Of a DNA stretch of 64,000 nt, positions 59,357 to 64,000 are shown in pieces. The stretch is from contig PDIP01000012.1 in the NCBI GenBank assembly GCA_002811645.1, forward strand, positions 54,452-118,451. Reading direction: 5' to 3'. The notes below the pieces were generated by a model. It did not search any database and was not told where the DNA came from. It was given only the letters and a program-made list of their open reading frames with translations. Both the position numbers and the translations under genes were made by a program. Origin of the DNA: Corallochytrium limacisporum Hawaii (taxonomy: Eukaryota; Protista; Pluriformea). Position 1 is the stretch's first letter. The number at the start of each line of letters is the position of its first letter.

Positions 59357-62300
59357 TCAGCTAGAGTGCCCGCGGTAGATTTGAATGATGCGCTGGGTTT
59401 CCGCATCATCAAAAGGTACAGGTGCATTGCTGAGGATGCTCTCGTTGCGGCTTGGTGCCGACGGTTGCTCACTAGCTGCGGATTGGCTAAGGATTCCGGG
59501 TGGGAAGAACGACGGCGTTATACTAGCCTCCGGGACAGGGTCACGAGCAGGCGATACAGTCTCACTGCGGCCTGCATAACCACCGAAGGCCCCGCCTCCA
59601 AAGGATGTACCATAAGGAATGTCAGTATCAATGTCAGAGAGGCCATGATGAGGCTGGGAACCATCGTCGGCAATTGCACCATAGCTCTTGCGATCCGGGC
59701 CCTTCAGATGCAGCTTCTCAACATCGACGGAGACAGGACTGCCTCGTTCACCGCGCTTGTACACGGATTCTGTTGTTGTGCTGTCCCCTTTAAGCCTCTG
59801 AGACAGTTTGGCATTGATGTCAGCAAGATCCTGCAGATTTTGCCTCAAATGACTGGCAAGGAACGATTCTGATGCTGATCCAACGTCCGTCGAGTAGACC
59901 CAGTCATAGTCAATCTCTTCGTCGAGCATTGTCACGGGCAGAGTCCGTTCCTCAGACTCATCGCGTTCCTCAAAATCTTTTTCGGTATTGAGCAGTTGCG
60001 CTTGTGCGTTGCTGTCGCCATACTTGGCGGTGAGCCAGCTGAGCTCCTGGACTGTGCCAATCCGAACCTTTACTTGCCCGGAAATCTTGCCACTGCTATC
60101 GAAGAGATGGTACCATCCACTAATTTCGTTCATTCCCCTGAGTAAAGATGAGAGATCGACTGACGCAGTGCCAAGCTTTCTATCCGCTACACCGATCTTA
60201 TTATGTTCCCCGCCTTCAGCCTGATTCCATACATGAACCAGCACTGGGATTCCATTCATCGCCTGAAAAAGTTCTCCTGCCTCTCGTTCAATATGGAAAT
60301 TCTGTCTGTGATTCCAGGACGGACAAGAAGCACAAGGCATGACTACTGATCTTTTCAAAGCTTGGTCTTGCAGCCACTGCACAGTCACGTACGTTGTTGG
60401 CTTGTCCATGACACCATCTGAATCTACGATCAATGGCAAATGTAGCGCAGACAGGATCGTCACGTCCAAGTCCAGCTCATGACCAGATGCAGGTGTTTCA
60501 GGAATGGGTAGTTCCTGCTCCTCACGAGGCACCTTAGTATCTGCATTCGTGGTTTCCAAGGACTGTGGTTCCTCCTTTCCCAGGTAAACCTTAACAAGAA
60601 CGCTGGCATCTACTGGAAGGGGACTCTCCTCATTTATCAACGGCAGCAAACCGCCAGTGGCTGTAGAGGCCTTGACATTCCGCACGTCAGCTGGCGAATC
60701 CAACAAGCCTGCGAGATCAACAAAGGCGGATCCAAACAGTTCCATAGTCTCTGCTTGTGCCTTAGTGAAATTGTCAGCGCTCATCTCAGAGTTTGTCGTC
60801 AAAAAGTCGATTCGGAGCATTTCCTGAGAGAGGTAGCTAAGAAATTGGCTGGAAATGAAAACAGCAAACTTTTCCCGGAAATTGAAATCAACAGTAGCGA
60901 CATTATATCCTGTGCGGATTGGAGGTGACAGCACTGCTCCGTGGTCAAAGAGGGCAAACCGAGCAATAAACACAGACGGCCGAGCTATGGCCTTGGCAAG
61001 GTACATCTTCTCGATCTTGACATTCAGTGCGACACTTCGATCGTCGCTACTAATAGCCAGATTCTTTGTTTCGTCCAACGGCATGCTTGGCACACCGCGC
61101 AATTTGAAGTCAAGTTCAATTGCGCCACTGCATCGTCCATTCAGGAAGATTTGATGCCATCCGCTCAACCCATTTGGACGCGTTAAAAGTTTCACGGCGT
61201 CCAGTTTGGCCCTCCCAAGCACAACCGCTCCGCTTCCACTTCCAGGCGCCGGACGATGCATGACGGAAACTATGATTGGTTTCTTCTGTAGGTTGCTGAT
61301 GAGTCGCACAGTGAGGCCAATGCGTGTATCCCGATGGTAGTCGAAGTCCGGTGTAAAAGTACCAGCAATCACTGGCGTCTGAATCACATCGTCAGCTCCA
61401 GGGACAGTGACGCGAACAAAGGCATTTACCCCGCTGTGAGACGGATACTGCATGCTTGTCATTCCCTTTGCCAACTCCAGAGCCGCTCGTTGCAGGCCAC
61501 TTGCCCGGATGACTGAAATCTCCATATCAGCAACGCTTGAGAACGATCCCTCCCCGGTGGGCGTGGACTTTCCATCTATACGGTTAAGTTTCTGTCGCAC
61601 TTCTCGAGAGATTCGAATCTTGCCAGAAAGTAGATCATCTGTCACAGGGAAAATCTGCACAGTCTCACAGCGGAGGGTCTCTCGCGGCTGCAGCTCCGCG
61701 ACCGACATTTCGCCGGTACCAATGATTTCCGGATTGATCTCTCGACCAAATACCCTCCACAAGTAGAATCGTACAACTTGCTGAGATGCGGATTGTCCCG
61801 AAGGAAACTCGACGATTTCATTAAAGATCATTGACCTCGCGTACGAGACCCGACCAGACATAAATCTTTGTCCCTGATACCGGCATTCCAGAATGAAAAC
61901 GGCGTCTGTGCTGCGACGTTCATCTTGGAAGCTAAGCTGCATAGTTTCAATGCTAAGGACCAAGTTCTTGGGCAGTTTCTGGCTGTCAGTGGTACGCAGA
62001 TCTGTATCAGGTGGCAGTCCAAAACTTTTTCGCATGAGGCCCTGTGTCATTTGTTTGGGAGTTCCCAGGAGGATTTCACAGCAAAGGGCTCCGGTGCCAC
62101 GCGCTGTAATGGGATCAACGAGTGTCTTCATTTGATTGAAGATTGTTACTGGCTCCTCGTCCATGGGCAGGGAATCAAGAGTATCTGTTTCCACAAGCAG
62201 ATCATGGACAACGTCCAGCGAGAATCGAGCAATGCCGAGCAAGCTCTCTTGATCATTCCGGGAAATGTGCCATGCCTCAATGACAATGGTTGCAGTGCGC

Positions 62301-63766
62301 AACTTCTCAAGTTCTTCTTGTGTGCACAGGAGGGTTTCCATAGTCGAAAAATCAAACTTGGCTTCATGTCCATCCATGACAATGATGCTCTTTTCTCCCT
62401 CTCCGGGTCGCATCATCCGGACAAGAAGGTACGCGCAATGAATGCTTCCAGATCCACTATCGGCCGTCGGCAGCCTGAAATTCTTGCCAAAGGGAATACG
62501 GAGCGCAAGCTGTAGTATCGGAACATGGGGTTTTGTGCTCCTGCTCACACTAGCCCTTGAGACTTCCTGCACGGGAACTTCAGCATCATCTCCAAGTGTA
62601 TGTCGCGACACGATCAGCAACAGGTCTCCCACACTATGTTTTCCGTTTGCCTTCGCTTCATTTAAGTTTATCACAAGGTTCCGTTCGGAACCTTCCTCAA
62701 GAGACTTTCCAAGATTGATTTTGCCTGAAGCGACCGCCTTCCTGATCCTTTGCCCATTTTTGAGGCTGGATAGAGTCACGGTCATTGTGGCCTTATCTAT
62801 GCCCACAACATGTGTTTGCCATCGTTTCTTGAATGCAATTCCACTCCTACGGGATGCTAGCAACCCCCGGCAAGAATGCTTACGAGAACCAGTTTGATCC
62901 ATGATCTCGAAGTCCAGGACGAAATGTGACTTTTGACTGATGAGCCTATCCAGAGGATTCACATTTCCTGTAGGTTTCCCTGGAACAACTCTTTCAATAT
63001 TCATGGACAGGACGGCTCGCTCACTACCCGTCGCCTCCTTTTCCGGTGACTTTGGCTCTTCTAGGAAGCTATCAAACGTCGTGTACTCTATCTCACCAAA
63101 ATCATCTTCGGCATCATCCATGTCAGCTCTGTAGTCCTGTGTGCTTTCGATGGCTTCTGTGATTACCTTCTGTCCTTCGTCGGTCAGAAGATCTATGATA
63201 TCGTTAGGATCCAAGTTAGGTTCTTTGGCGTATGTTTGATCGGCTTCCACGGTGCTCCTCTCCAGGGCGCTGCCAGCATGCTCTGTTGGGGAAGAAATTG
63301 CCATTGAGACTTCTACCCTAGCAATCTCTTCGTCATCAAAGTTTTGTATTCCAAACTCTCCGTGCAGGCCCCCGTTCTCGATGAGGTTTGTTAGCGGGCC
63401 GACCTTGCATTCGCCAAGCTTTGTATCACCATCTCCGTAAAGGGTGACGGCCATGGTATTATTCACGTCCTCGAAATATAGGGCGACATGTTTTGGACTG
63501 GTGCGGATCGCATATACAACCGAAGATGGGCTACCATCACCTTCAGGTCCGCTTCCCGAGACCTCTAGAGGTGCGAGATAGGCACCTGCTTCTTTCTCGC
63601 CCCACCAGTGCACACGAAGGTGGAAGTTCTGTAGTCCCTGAATCTCTCTTGGAGGATCGCCATTCTTGGAGTGCCACCAAGTTAGACGGTCGATTCTGAC
63701 GTGCATTGACGCCCGAAGTGGGCCGTCCACCTGCGGTGGCAGAGACAACACTGTTTCTTCTGCCAT
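59357..63766 (-). CDS. C2CD3: C2 domain-containing centriolar protein C2CD3
   Basis: SLPPQVDGPLR...W...V.WWGE...YAIRTSPK...YFED N-terminal C2 domain. GVNAFVRV, TFTPDF, GWY...D..G...GQVKV, L.QNL.DL and terminal DAET.RI..I. First ATG is at 63766. Confidence 0.9.
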   Translation of the reverse strand: MAEETVLSLPPQVDGPLRASMHVRIDRLTWWHSKNGDPPREIQGLQNFHLRVHWWGEKEAGAYLAPLEVSGSGPEGDGSPSSVVYAIRTSPKHVALYFEDVNNTMAVTLYGDGDTKLGECKVGPLTNLIENGGLHGEFGIQNFDDEEIARVEVSMAISSPTEHAGSALERSTVEADQTYAKEPNLDPNDIIDLLTDEGQKVITEAIESTQDYRADMDDAEDDFGEIEYTTFDSFLEEPKSPEKEATGSERAVLSMNIERVVPGKPTGNVNPLDRLISQKSHFVLDFEIMDQTGSRKHSCRGLLASRRSGIAFKKRWQTHVVGIDKATMTVTLSSLKNGQRIRKAVASGKINLGKSLEEGSERNLVINLNEAKANGKHSVGDLLLIVSRHTLGDDAEVPVQEVSRASVSRSTKPHVPILQLALRIPFGKNFRLPTADSGSGSIHCAYLLVRMMRPGEGEKSIIVMDGHEAKFDFSTMETLLCTQEELEKLRTATIVIEAWHISRNDQESLLGIARFSLDVVHDLLVETDTLDSLPMDEEPVTIFNQMKTLVDPITARGTGALCCEILLGTPKQMTQGLMRKSFGLPPDTDLRTTDSQKLPKNLVLSIETMQLSFQDERRSTDAVFILECRYQGQRFMSGRVSYARSMIFNEIVEFPSGQSASQQVVRFYLWRVFGREINPEIIGTGEMSVAELQPRETLRCETVQIFPVTDDLLSGKIRISREVRQKLNRIDGKSTPTGEGSFSSVADMEISVIRASGLQRAALELAKGMTSMQYPSHSGVNAFVRVTVPGADDVIQTPVIAGTFTPDFDYHRDTRIGLTVRLISNLQKKPIIVSVMHRPAPGSGSGAVVLGRAKLDAVKLLTRPNGLSGWHQIFLNGRCSGAIELDFKLRGVPSMPLDETKNLAISSDDRSVALNVKIEKMYLAKAIARPSVFIARFALFDHGAVLSPPIRTGYNVATVDFNFREKFAVFISSQFLSYLSQEMLRIDFLTTNSEMSADNFTKAQAETMELFGSAFVDLAGLLDSPADVRNVKASTATGGLLPLINEESPLPVDASVLVKVYLGKEEPQSLETTNADTKVPREEQELPIPETPASGHELDLDVTILSALHLPLIVDSDGVMDKPTTYVTVQWLQDQALKRSVVMPCASCPSWNHRQNFHIEREAGELFQAMNGIPVLVHVWNQAEGGEHNKIGVADRKLGTASVDLSSLLRGMNEISGWYHLFDSSGKISGQVKVRIGTVQELSWLTAKYGDSNAQAQLLNTEKDFEERDESEERTLPVTMLDEEIDYDWVYSTDVGSASESFLASHLRQNLQDLADINAKLSQRLKGDSTTTESVYKRGERGSPVSVDVEKLHLKGPDRKSYGAIADDGSQPHHGLSDIDTDIPYGTSFGGGAFGGYAGRSETVSPARDPVPEASITPSFFPPGILSQSAASEQPSAPSRNESILSNAPVPFDDAETQRIIQIYRGHSS

Positions 63767-64000
63767 GTCTATTTGCAAAAACTTTCGTTTCTACTTATCT
63801 TTCCGTGTTCACATGGCGATAAAATTGTGTCACCATTCGTCAGTCATGTATTTCTCGTTTAGCTCAGGATCAATGAGACCATGACAAGTTTCAGGCGCAC
63901 TGCGCTGCCCCAAATACCGGCTGTTAGTCCTCGCGAGTTCCCTCATAGGTTACACAGAGTAGAAAGTAAGTGGGGACACTCCGGGAATGCAATTGGGAAA

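Overview
Gene-dense eukaryotic nuclear DNA with 23 protein-coding genes I can support, each a single uninterrupted ORF. Several have candidate GT-AG introns confined to the 5' UTR. The proteins look opisthokont and probably holozoan: COPB2 and FCF1 are close to animal orthologues, and C2CD3, KATNIP, SMCR8-like, RAB3GAP1 and GM130-like genes are present. An MscS-like channel, which animals lack, is also present. A unicellular animal relative with intron-poor CDSs such as Corallochytrium is my best guess, and this is inference only. The standout feature is a tRNA-Ser(CGA) gene at 32689-32806 (minus strand). Its T-loop is interrupted by a 36-nt intron at position 59/60 that folds into a textbook archaeal-type bulge-helix-bulge (hBHBh') splicing motif. 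I know this architecture from archaea and a few algae or nucleomorphs, not from opisthokonts. The intron also breaks the Pol III B-box, and a TATA element lies upstream. No transposons, CRISPR arrays or rRNA were seen. There is one assembly gap at 32472-32658.
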